Positions 13,513-26,286 of a stretch of 64,000 bases of DNA are shown in pieces. The stretch comes from Paramecium tetraurelia (lineage: Eukaryota). The DNA is taken from contig CT868006.1 in NCBI GenBank assembly GCA_000165425.1, forward strand, positions 1 to 64,000, given 5' to 3'. The stretch's first letter is position 1. Every line of letters begins with the position of its first letter. Made by a program: the position numbers and the translations under genes. Under the pieces are notes generated by a model. That model made no database searches. It worked only from the letters and a program-made list of their open reading frames with translations, and was not told where the DNA came from.

Positions 13513-14340
13513 ATGTTACAAACACTTCAAACTGAATTAAATAATATGCAGACCAAAAGTAAATAATAAGATCAGAGAGTAGAGAATTTGTATATTAGTT
13601 TTTAAGAAATCTATTAAATCAAAAATAATTTAAATAACCCATGTTCAACGAAGCATAATATGCTATATTAGGTAAGACCAGAAGTTTTCAATTAAATATT
13701 AATATTTTTAGATATTAAACAAATTTTACAATTTAGATTGGTAAGCAGAAGAGCCAAAGAAACTGTAAAATTACTGCTTCCGAAATAAATAAATAATTTA
13801 TAGTAATTAATAGATGAATAATAAAATGACATACAAATTAAGATATAAAGTGCATAGCAGGCAGGCAACGATCAAGATTAGCGATAAGGTTTGCAAGCAG
13901 CTTTGGATGGGATATCCTTACTTTCTAGAGCACATTTTGTTGAGTTAAGATGCTAAGCTAAACCTCATGAATTAATTGAGAAGATCATAAATCTAGTTTG
14001 CTTGGCTTTAGATCCAGCATTCAAAGTAGCAAAAGATAATTGGAAGGAATGCATAAAATATTTAGGTCAATAAAGTTTTATAGAACTAATTTTAAATTTC
14101 AATATTAGTAGCTTAAATAATAAACAGTTATAACAACTAGAATAGGTTAATAATATTACAGAACAATAAGTAGCTTCAAAGTCATTAGTTGCTAGTTCTT
14201 TACTAATTTTTTTGAAAGCTGTTGTTGAATTAAGGTAATCTAAGCTTTACATGACATAAAATGAGATAAAAGAATTAGAGAGCAAAATAAAAAAAGAGCA
14301 AAAATTAATTGACAAGATAGAAAAGATACATAATTAATGA
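13513..14340 (+). CDS. 275-aa F-box-like + dynein stalk microtubule-binding-like protein, copy 1
   Basis: Intronless 828-nt code-6 ORF; VRPEVFNQILIFLDIKQILQFRLVSRR (F-box-like); AALDGISLLSRAHFVELRCQAKPHELIEKIINLVCLAL...DNWKECIKYL (dynein MTBD-like). Confidence 0.8.
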
Positions 14341-14727
14341 GAATTAGTTGATTAAAAATATGACAAAATTATTTTACTTGGCATTCTTATTTTTGTTATA
14401 AAAAAATTATTTCTAACTCCTTCTAATTTAGTCATTCCCTAAATGTAAATACATTTTAACCAAATAGTTTTAATATTTTCTTATAATAAAACGAATGATG
14501 TATAAATATTTAAATTATACGAATAGTAATAACTGAATAATACAATTTAATAAGTATAAATAGTATTAACTCAATAAAAAAACAAATTATGTTTAGTTAT
14601 TCAAAATAAAATTATCGTGTAAACTGAATAAGACACATTTATTCAAAAAATATGAATAGTCTTAATACAATAATAAAACTATTTTCAAATTATATTTATA
14701 TAAATGATAAGTTAAATTGAATTGTAA

Positions 14728-14835
14728 AACTAAGTTTGTATATTTATTCAAATTATTTATCTTAGGATAAATATTATTAATAATTCAAATCTATAACTAA
14801 GTTCTATATATATTCAAATTATTTATTTTAGGATA
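14728..14835. repeat. Imperfect 41-42 bp direct repeat (2 copies) between the tandem paralogs
   Basis: aactaagtttgtatatttattcaaattatttatcttaggata (14728) vs aactaagttctatatatattcaaattatttattttaggata (14795). Confidence 0.7.
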
Positions 14836-14977
14836 TTCAATGAGCCTGATAATTTTTTTTAATATTATATTTTTCATTTTCATTTTCATTTGACTTATGA
14901 TTTCATTATATTTATTTATATTTTAAAGTCATTATTATTAATTCAATTATTATAATTTTAATTGAAAAATTAATCAA

Positions 14978-15805
14978 ATGTTACAAACACTTTAAACTGT
15001 TTTAAATAATATGCAGACCAAAAGTAAATAATCAGATCAGAGAATAGAGAATTTGTATGTTAGTTTTTAAGAAATCTATTAAATCAAAAATAATTTAAAT
15101 AATCCATGTTCAACTAAGCATAATATGCTATATTAGGTAAGACCAGAAGTTTTCAATTAAATATTAATATTTTTAGATATTAAACAAATTTTACAATTTA
15201 GATTGGTAAGCAGAAGAGCCAAAGAAACTGTAAAATTACTGCTTCCGAAATAAATACATAATTTATAGTAGTTAATAGATGAATAATAAAATGACATATA
15301 AATTAAGATATAAAGTGCATAGCAGGCAGGCAACGATCAAGATTAGCGATAAAGTTTGTAAGCAGCTTTGGATGGAATAGCAAGAATTAATAAAGCTCAT
15401 ATTGTTGAGCTGAAAAGCTTTGCCAGACCACCTGAATTAGTTGAAAAGATTATTAATTTAACTTGCTTTGCTTTAGATCCGACTTTTAAAATGTAAAAAG
15501 ATAATTGGAAGGAATGCATAAAGTACCTAAATTAATACAACGTTATAGAACTCCTTAAAACTCATGATATTAGTAGCATAAGCGAAAAACAGATATAATA
15601 GCTTGAATAGGTTAAGAGTATTTCAGAATAATAAGCAGCTGCAATTTCTCTAGTCGCAAGTTCTATCCTCATTTATTTGAAAGCTGTGTTAGAATTAAGA
15701 TAGTCTTAAGTTTACGTGAATTAACATGCAATAAAAGAATTAGAAAGCAAAGTAAAGAAAGAAAAACAATTGATTGATGAACTAGGAAAGATCATTAATA
15801 ATTGA
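14978..15805 (+). CDS. 275-aa F-box-like + dynein stalk microtubule-binding-like protein, copy 2
   Basis: Intronless 828-nt ORF, tandem paralog; ALDGIARINKAHIVELKSFARPPELVEKIINLTCFAL...WKECIKYL...AAAISLVASSILIYLKAVLEL. Confidence 0.8.
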
Positions 15806-16075
15806 GAATCAGTTTATTATACCAAAATTATAAACAATAAAACTAGAAGAAATAGAATTTCTAATTTTATCTTTCTTTAGTAAATTGACTTTTAAAGTAT
15901 GATCCATAATGCACTTTCAATTAAAATTCCTCTTCTTATGACACTAATTATTTTCTGGGTATTATTAGTGTTATTTCATTTCATCATAAATGTTACTTAA
16001 ATTTCAATTTTTTATTCTAAAATGAGAAAAGAATACAATAGCAGGTGACAAAGTTGTATGAAATCTTAGCAAATA

Positions 16076-18024
16076 AATGAAATATAAATTTAGAAATGTC
16101 AAATAGAGTAACCAAATAGATATGTATGTTCGGAGAATAATAAGTGAAAATGCAGTTTAGATGACTTCAGAATCTTAAAATTAGATGGAAGTAGATATGA
16201 CTGAAGGGAAGTTTAATGAATTATTTTATATTTATTGTTAGAAAAAGATAATTTTAACAAAACAAAATGTAAGATTATTAATCATAGAGGAGGTGGATAG
16301 ATAATTTAAGAGACTGAATAATTTGAGTAGAGCTTAGATTCAAAAATTAATATAGGAACTTAGGTATTATAAAAAGAGAAATAGAAATTATGAAATAAAA
16401 ATAAAAAAAAATAAAAATTTGATGTCAATAATGGTAGATTAATTTTACAATTTATATGATAATCAATAAAATTACGCTTTGAAAAAGCATCCTTATTAAT
16501 TATTATAATATTATTAGGAATTTTCGACATATTTACAATCTACAAAAAGCTTTATGATTATTAGAACATATTTAATATAATTAATTATTTATAGAATCAC
16601 TATTATTAACAGAAATGTAATAGGAAACACAAAACAAGAAAATCACCTTTAAATTTCTTAATGTATTGAGAATTTATATATTAGTAATTGAAACTTATGA
16701 TCAAGCCATCTTAATAAATAGTGTAGATCACTCATGCATTCGTAACAATATTAAGTGGAACAATAGCATCAATTCAAGGAAATTAAATAAAGTCTGAATG
16801 GTAGTCAATAAAACATTGTTTACGAAATACAAATGAGATTCTGGAAATTATTAATGATACACAAACATTTTAAAAAAGGGTACGTTTCGAAAATCTAGAG
16901 AAATCAATGTAGATTTTATAATCAATTCAATAATAAAGCGAAGATGAGTAAAGAGATGAGACATTTGACATAATACAAGAAGCTTTGAACTAGTTATTAA
17001 CTATTGCAAAGCCTTTGTTTAAAAATCTACTATTGTGTAAAAGAAGCAATTCAAGAAATAGATCATTAAGTTAATAAGGTTTTGAGAAAGCTAATTAACT
17101 TCAATAATCCTAGAAGTCATTCAGCAATAAGACCAATATCTCTTAATCTTAATTAAATCAAAGTAATAGCAAAATCAATAGACCCAAAAGTCAATAATCA
17201 AATCTTAGTTGTAGTCGTTCTTCATCAAAATCTAAAGACTATTAATAACGAGTGATAGAAGCTCAAATTAAAAAAGTAAATTTTACATTAAAGGTAGCAA
17301 TCAAGATTGGACAGGATATTAAAATTGCAGACCAATAAGCCGTCAGCAACTTCGTAGATAAAAAAAATGATTGAGGGTTAATAATCATTAAATAGATCAT
17401 ATAGATCAAATAGCAAGGAATCGTTAATGAAATAGGAAATTGAGAAAAACAAATCAATAATTAAGAAATTGAAATAATAAGAAAATTCAATCAANNNNNN
17501 NNNNNNNNNNNNNNNNNNNNNNNNNNNNNNNNNNNNNNNNNNNNNNNNNNNNNNNNNNNNNNNNNNNNNNNNNNNNNNNNNNNNNNNNNNNNNNNNNNNN
17601 NNNNNNNNNNNNNNNNNNNNNNNNNNNNNNNNNNNNNNNNNNNNTTTTTCCTTAATAATTGTGTCTCAACTGTGTGGGCCAGATGATCAAATGGGAAATA
17701 GAAAGAGAAAGTAAAAGAATTAGAGAAAATGAAAAAGTGAATTAAATTCAAGATGAAATTAATAGATATAAGATAAGTTGGTTAAAAGATTAAGAAATTA
17801 AATAGGAAAAAAGAAAAAGTAGTAAAAAATAAAAATGTTTTAACAAACAAAATAGTACAAATAACGGGAGTTGGAGAAATAATTCTATCAATTACGATGA
17901 AAATAAAGATAGCAGTTTGAAACAGGACCTTTTGTTATCTGAAAAAGTCAAAAATGAAAAGGAATAATCTTTAAGTAAAATATTAAAAACAATCAATAAT
18001 TCTAAATAGAAATAGTTGAAATGA
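16076..18024 (+). pseudogene. Coiled-coil / Q-K-rich hypothetical gene, interrupted by stops and an assembly gap
   Basis: Purine-rich coding-like composition with several in-frame TGAs; no clean model found. Confidence 0.3.
17495..17644. other. Assembly gap (N run)
   Basis: Run of N. Confidence 1.
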
Positions 18025-18053
18025 GGCATAATCTATTATTTTAATATTTTATT

Positions 18054-19350
18054 TCATTTTTCCTTTTTAACAATATTAAATAATTCTGTTTTTCTTATAT
18101 TATTAATTACTTCCTATGTAATTTAATCTAAGCTAATATTTGAGATCAAATATTTTAAATACGCACAGATAAAAATACCAGAATCGTTTGGTTAAGCTAA
18201 TTAAGGACATTCAGATATAATAATATCTTTTGACTTCCAAGAGATTGTCAAATTATATTGTTTGACGATTGGTTCAATCATATTCCATATATGCTTGCAA
18301 GTTGTAACATAAAATATTGCCTTTTTTTTAGAACAACTATCATAAACCTTCATTTTTATATCCTAACCTTCAAAAAGTAATTCTAGTAGAATCCAATGGC
18401 CATTTGAATTGACAATAACAAAGATTTGTTAATAAACTTACCAAAATTATCCTTTAAAATAAGAAAATTCAGCAAAATAATTAAGTATATCTATTTTTTG
18501 TTATTCAAATAAGAAATAAGGAATAATGAGAGTTCTTTTATATGCTTATATTTCAGCTAGTGACTTTAGATTAAAGAACTTTTCTGAATCAATATAATTT
18601 ATGTAGTTAAGATACGCTTCTATGATTGAATCATTTATGGCCTTTTCTGACAAAAGAGAAGAAAGATGATCTTTACTTAATTCAACATCGAACTTGGTCC
18701 ATTTGTCATTCTATTTAACTTACGGCTTTTATTATTAGGGTTAAGGTGGTGTTTATTTTACTCCTGATTTGATTCTAAATGTTTTATTGGTACTTCGATC
18801 TTCTTGAATAAAGGATTATTGCAACATTGATTATTGCAAATTTTGTTATTTAATCAGTATGCTCCCATCCTAATTATATTCTTAGAATTTTTCAATCAAG
18901 GAAAGCTTTTGGAAAACCCCATCTACTTTTTTATTATTTGTTTTTCCATAGTATTCTGTTCCCCTACCATCGATTTAATCATTTTAAAATTAACCCTCAT
19001 AAACAAAATAATTGTTATTGCAATAGGCATCATATTGCTTTATATAGATTTTACCATTTCCATGCATTTTATTATTTTGAATTTCTCCAATATAAACATA
19101 ATCTTTTTGGATTATCATTTATTCCTTAGTATTCTTTTTTTAGACAATTAACTTAAATTATTTTGAATCCTGATTATCAAACTATTATTATGAATTATTA
19201 TTGAAGAAGATGAATTCAAATTTGAATTCTTAAGTTGGCTATTCTTATTGTTATTCTTAAGGAGGCTTTGATTCTTTTTTCAGTTTCAAACCAAGACGCA
19301 TAAAAATAGATATAAATATTATTAAAATATTAATTCTCTGAAATACTTCC
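18054..19350 (-). CDS. Ulp1/SENP (peptidase C48)-like protein, catalytic Cys replaced by Ser; start uncertain
   Basis: LLSEKAINDSIIEAYLNYI; VIVNSNGHWILL...VYDS; CPQLAQPNDSGIFICAYL; TGA at 18054. Confidence 0.7.
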
Positions 19351-19650
19351 CAATTGATTTTATTTTTCATATATTATTTTAAATAAAATGTTCCGAGTAT
19401 TCCTAATGTCTCTCTCATTCTTTTGAGGATCATGATATTCCGAAAAATCCTCTATTTTTTAATTAAATTATTGAATTATCACTTCCCTCAAAATGTCATT
19501 CTAATTTTGCAATTCTTCTTTAAATAATAATTTTAGCTTGAAGCTTTTACATAAACACTTAGATGGCTTAAAAGTTTTTACTTCAGCTACAGAATGTAAT
19601 TAAGTATTTATTAATTATTTTTTAATTAATTGTTTAAAATAAAAAAAAGC

Positions 19651-19724
19651 CGCCCTCCAAGGGGGTCGAACCCTTGACATTTGGCTTAAAAGGCCAACGC
19701 TCTGACCAACTGAGCTAGGAGGGC
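19651..19724 (-). tRNA. trnK-UUU: tRNA-Lys (anticodon UUU)
   Basis: GCCCTCC acceptor stem, D arm AGCTCAGTTGGTCAGAGC, anticodon arm TTGGC-CTTTTAA-GCCAA, T loop GGTTCGA; followed by a T8 Pol III terminator. Confidence 0.97.
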
Positions 19725-19889
19725 TGGATTAATTATTTAATTGATTAAGATTATTAATATTTCTTGATTTGTAATTTGATTCCAATTAAAATTTAAAATA
19801 GTTGAATAAATAAAATACTACAAATTTATTAATGAAAAGACTTTATAATTTAAAAATAATAATATCTATAATTTATAAGCATTTATCAA

Positions 19890-20704
19890 ATGGGATCAAA
19901 ATATTTATAAAAATATCCAGTGTCTGAAGGTTTCCACTAAATTTTACATGATTTTGCCAGAGAAGTAAGTAGTATTTTAGATTAAAGGTATTAAGAGATT
20001 AACCAGAAAATATTATAAAATATGGAGTTGATTATTTTGAATGCATGGTTTAAGAAAAGGAATTTAAATTTGAAAGCAAATACAACATTGCTAAAGGAAG
20101 CAACAGGCGAAGTGCAGTAGGTAATTAAATTAATAGAATAACATAAACAGTATGTAAGAAAAATAAAATAATTTATTAACCAGGAGTATACACAAATCCA
20201 CCTAACCTTCAAATGTGACTGGAATAGCAAAAAATATATAGTAGAAAAAGACCTGAATATAAAAATGGGTAAAAACTAGGATCTGGAAACGGAAACAATG
20301 TTCTTATATCAGTACTTTAGGAAGTTAGCCAAAAGAGAAAATAGCAGCATAAGAAAATGTCAATGATTTTTTATGTAAGATTGCAAACGATATTGACAAA
20401 TTTGAAAATAAAAATTAGATGATGAGAATCTGAATGATATTGAGGAGGAATCACCAAAGTTAACCAGCTTTGTAATTAAATAATATTAATATATTTAGGA
20501 TGTTAAAGACATGCTAAATATTATTAAAATTTAAGCAGTATCTATCTGAAAAATAGTTTGTAGAAAAGGAATAAGAAAAATAGTAAAAAAATTAGAAGTA
20601 ATTTTGTTAAGAGAAGGAAGAATGATGAAATTTAAATAAAATCATAATAAATAATTAAATAGATTTTTTATTATATAAGTTTTGTTATTAAAATTAATAG
20701 ATGA
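19890..20704 (+). CDS. RIIa dimerization/docking-domain protein (Sp17/ropporin-like); 3' end uncertain
   Basis: After removing a 23-nt intron: YPVSEGFHQILHDFAREVLRDQPENIIKYGVDYFECM; later IIKIQA (IQ-like). Confidence 0.7.
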
Positions 20705-20747
20705 AAATTTGTAAAATAGTAAACTTAAACATTTAAAATTAATAATT

Positions 20748-21572
20748 ATGTATCAATAAAAAATGCTATTAAAAGAAAAAATAGGAGATGGCTATTCAAG
20801 CAATCTGCATCTATGTGATTATCAAGGCAAGTAAAGTGTAATAAAAATTTACAAGGAAGATTATCCAATTAAACTCAGAAATAAGGAAATCAAAATATTG
20901 AAAAGTTTAGATCATCCTCATATCTTAAAAATGATTGATCATCATCCTGAGAACGACTACATTATTTTTGAATAACTGACGACTGATTTTTTTACAATAG
21001 TTAAAAATTAGAATAGATTGGATGTTAGAGCAGTGAAGTAGATCCTTATAGAATTAGGGGAGGCTATCCAATACCTTCACAAATTTAACTATGTACATCG
21101 AGATATTAAATTACAAAATCTCATGCTGAACAACCACTTACAAATGATACTAATAGATTTTGGCTTTGCTGATCTTGTAGATGACTAAGAATAGAACATC
21201 AGAAGTTGTGGAACATAAAATTATATGTCACCAGAATTACTAATTTCCTAAAAATACATACGATCAAATCTGTTGAAAAGATCTGACATTTTTGCCTTGG
21301 CTGTCCTAATATTTATTCTCTATTTTGGATTTCCTCCATTCTCTGAAGCTACTGTAAAATGTCCTTATTGGAGGTTGATCTCTAAAAATAATTGGGTGAA
21401 ATTTTGGAAAATAGTAAATAGAAATTCTAAATTAAATGACATCATATTTTAAGAATTATTTGAAAATATGATATCACCCAATCTTGAGGATAGATATACT
21501 ATTGAATAAGTACTGAATCATCCCTGGATTGATGGAAACCACGATTTAGGCTATTTAATAAATATTATTTGA
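20748..21572 (+). CDS. Ser/Thr protein kinase (CAMK-like), 274 aa
   Basis: IGDGYSS, VIKIY, VHRDIKLQN, IDFGFA, SCGTQNYMSPE, DIFALAV; intronless. Confidence 0.92.
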
Positions 21573-21593
21573 ATATATATATAGAGTTTTATT

Positions 21594-24500
21594 TCATTAT
21601 TCATAATATCCCTTAAATTTTATTATCTTGAATATTCCTACCACTTCATCTATAAATAAGCTCTAATATAAGTATGTTAAAAATAAATCACAAAATATTG
21701 AATCTAAGATAAATTCTATTAAAACACCAACCAACAAATACATATCAAATTTAAATTCCAATCCGTACATTTACCAAATTCCAATTATCATATTCCCAAA
21801 AAATAAGATTACCCATAATATCCAATAAAAGCCTAACACTTTGCCTTTTCTTTTCTTTCTAAATGCTAATGCTAAGCCTCCATATAAATAATTGCATATC
21901 CAAGTTTATATGATTACTAACAAATAATATGCAGTAAGCATTCCAAATTTGAATGGCAATGATGATAAATATACAGATGTAAATGTCACATACATCTAAA
22001 TTTAGATTATATAGAGCGATAACTTTTATAAAGAGAATTCTAGAGAAGAGGCTGTAAAAATGGCATTTATAGGATAAACACTCCAAAAATTTCTTGATTT
22101 CTTCTTATTTTTGACTTAACTCATTGGATTCTAAACCAAATTATTTCCAGTTTGCACTGTCTCATAGATATCAGAGAATTTCTTTGACTTTTTTTTTTTG
22201 ATTGGTCTCTTGTATAAAATGCATAGCAAAGTAAGAAAAGATAAAAACAACCCAATTAAAGTCATTGAAATGGCAAAAGCACTATTTTAGACAGTTTTAA
22301 CAAATTTGAATCCTTATGGTATTTCGAAAATGCTTGACAAACCAGATGAATTGGTAGTTACATTTTTAACTATTTAAACATAAGTACCAAAATCCCCTAA
22401 AGTATTTACTTAACAAATTGTGTAATACTTACATTTTAATAACGTGGCCTTAGTATTTTCCCAGATTTATTTATCTTCATTCCATTGTACACAAACATTA
22501 TTCTCATTAAGATCTGCATAATATTAATCACTTTTTGGAACAACAATAACCATATTCATTCCAGTTACTGGCAATATTTTTCCAGATTTTATTATTTGTA
22601 TTCTAGAAATAGTTGAATTAATAGTTTAACCAGAAGATCTATGATTTTAATAGTAAAGATGCATTTAGTTGAAAATTAAAGGAGTTTGTGCATCTGATTA
22701 CAGAATTTTAATTTCTGCAAGGTTCTCCTCTGTCAAATAAATTTATGGACTTAATAATTTTTTATCATTATCACAAGTACCATATGATTTAACAAAATTA
22801 TATTTAAATGCAGAATATGAGTCATCACTAAATAAATCAAATTTTCCTATCACTTATTTATGAAAAGGTCCTGCAGTATTTTAAATTTCTGAAATCATAA
22901 TATCTTCAGATTATTTTAATATTGCATTAAATAATGAATTATCCAGATTAGTTAATTTCTGAGCTGCAATGTTTTCCTATTAATATAAGTTTTTAGAGAT
23001 AGCTCCAATAGCAGTAAAGTATTTTACATCAAAATTTAAGGCGATTTATTTATCAAGAGCTTATTAGAATTATTTAATATTGCTTTCTGTGACTGCATAA
23101 GTAGTATCTGATATCAATTGAATTATTTCGACATAGTTTGGATCAAATATAGTTTGGGTATTCAAATAAGTCAGTAATTCAGTTTGTAATTTAATGAAAT
23201 CAGATGTAGTTGTGAATTAACATCGACTTCCTGATATATTCTAAATACATTTACAAGATATCAATAGACATCTACCATACATATTGCATTATTTATCACT
23301 CTGACAGAAAAAGCCTTTGGAATTAAGAGTACCTATAAATGGATAAGGTCCAAGACTTGAGGTAGAAACAAGGATGTTGCCATAAGCCAATGCATCATTC
23401 GAATTAGTTGCAGATGTCAATTAAAACCCAGATGTCTCTGATGTGCATTAACCATTATATAGGATTAATGAACTTTGACATTTTGTACAAGTATTCAGGG
23501 CAGTACACTGAGTACAAGTAACTGGACACTAAAGACAATTCTATTCCTCTAAATAATAACCATCCTTGCATTATTTGCAAGTATATTGATTGGTTGTTGA
23601 AGTATCAGATTATAATTCGCATTTATAACAATTCTATAAATTAATAATAGATCCAGAGCAATCTAAACAATAATAGGTAGGATTTGACGAACCTAATGAA
23701 TTATCAGTCAATTTCAAGAACCCTGGCAAACAAGTGTTGCATTAAAAACTACTTCCTAAATTAATACAAGTATCACAGTTTTCAAATAAAGAACCACACT
23801 TCATACATTATTACGTGCTAGTTAATACATATCCAGCTTCACATTTTTAACATATTATATTATTAGTTGTTCCTGCTGACATTGTGTTTAAACAAGTTTA
23901 ACAGCCGATATTAAAACCAGAACATAAATAGCAATACTATTTACTATTATCATAATAATAATTATTTGTACAACTTGTACATTTATTTATAATGCATTAT
24001 TCACAACTTGCATATTTAGCAGAACAAGCAGTACATTTCCCTTAGGGATTAATGAAGTAGCCATCTGAACACTTTGTGCATGTTGAATTTGAACAAGTAA
24101 CACAATTTGTCATCAAAGCTGTTTAACTTTCGCATTAACCAACACAAGATAAAGCATTAGATCCTTTGACATAACCTGTTTGACATTGAGAACATATTTT
24201 CTTAAAGATTTATGAGTCTCCACAAGTACTACAATATTTGATTGGACAGTTTTCACATTTTTTACCAATTAATATGTAATCACTAATGCATTTTAAACAT
24301 ACTGTCAAATCTTAATTAAATAAGAGACAATTCTTATCATCTAATGAACATAATTTATTTTCAGTAGATTAATAACCATCATTGCATTTGCCGCAATATG
24401 TCTTTTATGTTTCATCTATATAAAAGGTTGATCCAACTTAACAGTTTAAAATTTCAGGGAAACAAAATGTAGAGTTTGTATGTTTTGCATATCCAGTAAT

Positions 24501-25007
24501 ACATGTTGAACATTTATCATCTTAATGTATCTCACATTACTTAATATCTTAGTAGCAAAGAGTTCCATTTACAGATACATGATAATTGTTCTCACATTTA
24601 TTACATTTTCCAGTTTAAAAATAATATTTGCAATTCTAAATCTCATTAGTGTTGATACAAATCTGAGTTTTATCATCTTAGTTTTTTAATATATATTTAT
24701 CTTAGCATTTAGAACATAAAGCATCCACTTAAATTGAACAATATAATATTTTCAACCAACATTTTCCATTTGACAACAAATAATTATCAACACATCCTTT
24801 ACAATCTCTCTATTATTATATTGTTTAATCACAAGTTGCTGCACTTGTACAGATGTCCTTTTCACCAACAATATAATTTCCACAATCTAAACAATTTAAA
24901 ATTGTCTAAAAACAATACAATCCATTTTCTAATCCATTGTCACATGAACAATAAGAATTCTCGCCGTTCGTAATCCATATTAGAATAAACAATCCAACTA
25001 TGAACAT
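21594..25007 (-). CDS. Cys-rich (furin/EGF-like repeat) membrane protein with a GPS-like motif and several TM segments, 1137 aa
   Basis: Signal MFIVGLFILIWITNG; many CxxC repeats; CVQWNEDKQIWE...CKYYTICQQNTLGDF before the TM region; span is a multiple of 3. Confidence 0.75.
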
Positions 25008-25234
25008 AAGTATTATTTAAATTTCCTATTTATATATATTTTAATATTAAAAAGTCTTATATATTTGTGTAAAATTCAAATTTTATTTCCTCTCTTGCTA
25101 CACATTTCATCATAAACTTTAATAAGGCATATTAATTTTTCATTGGAGGTCAAATTAGCATATTTCACAAAAATTATTCTAATTAATGCATTATATTATT
25201 AAAATATATTATATAAACAACAATAATTGTAAAT

Positions 25235-26286
25235 CAAATCTTTAGTATATGCTATTGGATATGACTTTTTAGATTCTATAGAGGATTGCCTTCTGCATTT
25301 TAATGATGTATTGGATGATTAAATTGAGAATATTTGAATGCTATTTCGCACCCTTTGTAATAGTCACGAACTCCTTTATCATTATTTGGCTTACAAAAGT
25401 TACAAATTGAAGGAATTTTCTCGATACCTTAAAAAAGGAAAGATGACAATATATTGCTTATATCATAATATTCTTCTTTTTAAGCACTAAACCATATACA
25501 ATGAACATTTATAATAGATTATTGAAAATCAACTTCAATAAATTAAAGATTCTTGTCGCTTTCGTATGTGAAATAGACACTTTCATATAACAATTCTATT
25601 TTAAAATTAATGGGTTAAAATTAAAATAAGAATTATTGATATTGTTGTTATACATATTTTTTAATCTCTTCTACTGAGCTATTCTTCATATGACTCTGAT
25701 CTAAAATGTAGGAAGGTAAAAATAATATATTTATTCTCTGAAAATCTTTTTATAAGAATTTGTCCCAATTATAATGATTTAAATACATAAGATATGCATT
25801 TAAAACACTTATGCTCCCATTTTTTAATTCTTATTAAGTGATTTTTTAATTATAAAAATATGTTTAGTTCTTATCCATCTAAATATTAGAAAAGTATATT
25901 AATTCTTTAGATTGACCTTAAGGTCGATATTCCTCATCAGAATATATATCGGAAATAGTAATTCTATTATCCTTCTCATGATATTTACAACATTTCCAAT
26001 TATTATTTTTATCAATTTAAAATTTATATACTAATTGCTCACTTTCGTCTTTTTAATATGATATATTATCCTTGATCAACTTCATGTATCCATAATTAGA
26101 ACTTTAACTTTTTTCTAAAGGAATGATTTATTCGTATAAATTTAAGCTGAATTTCCTATAAGAAATCCCATCATTTTGTTTATTCTCTATAAATTTAAAA
26201 AAGCTGTATAACTTCAAGCTCAATATTACAATAAATATGCCTATTAAGATTAGGAGCACTACCAATGCAATTTATTTATTTTCCAT
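25235..26286 (-). CDS. Hypothetical protein with N-terminal TM anchor; 3' end approximate
   Basis: MENKQIALVVLLILIGIFIVILSLKLYSFF... Confidence 0.45.

Noticed and set aside
13672..13711. gtaagacc...tttttag as a possible intron in the F-box/MTBD genes
   Set aside because: At 40 nt it is long for Paramecium and would shift the frame. The unspliced frame is open, encodes the F-box-like motif and is conserved in all three copies.
19651..19724. Possible suppressor-type tRNA-Gln(UUA) matching the ciliate code
   Set aside because: The 7-nt loop is CT-TTT-AA, so the anticodon is UUU (Lys), not UUA.
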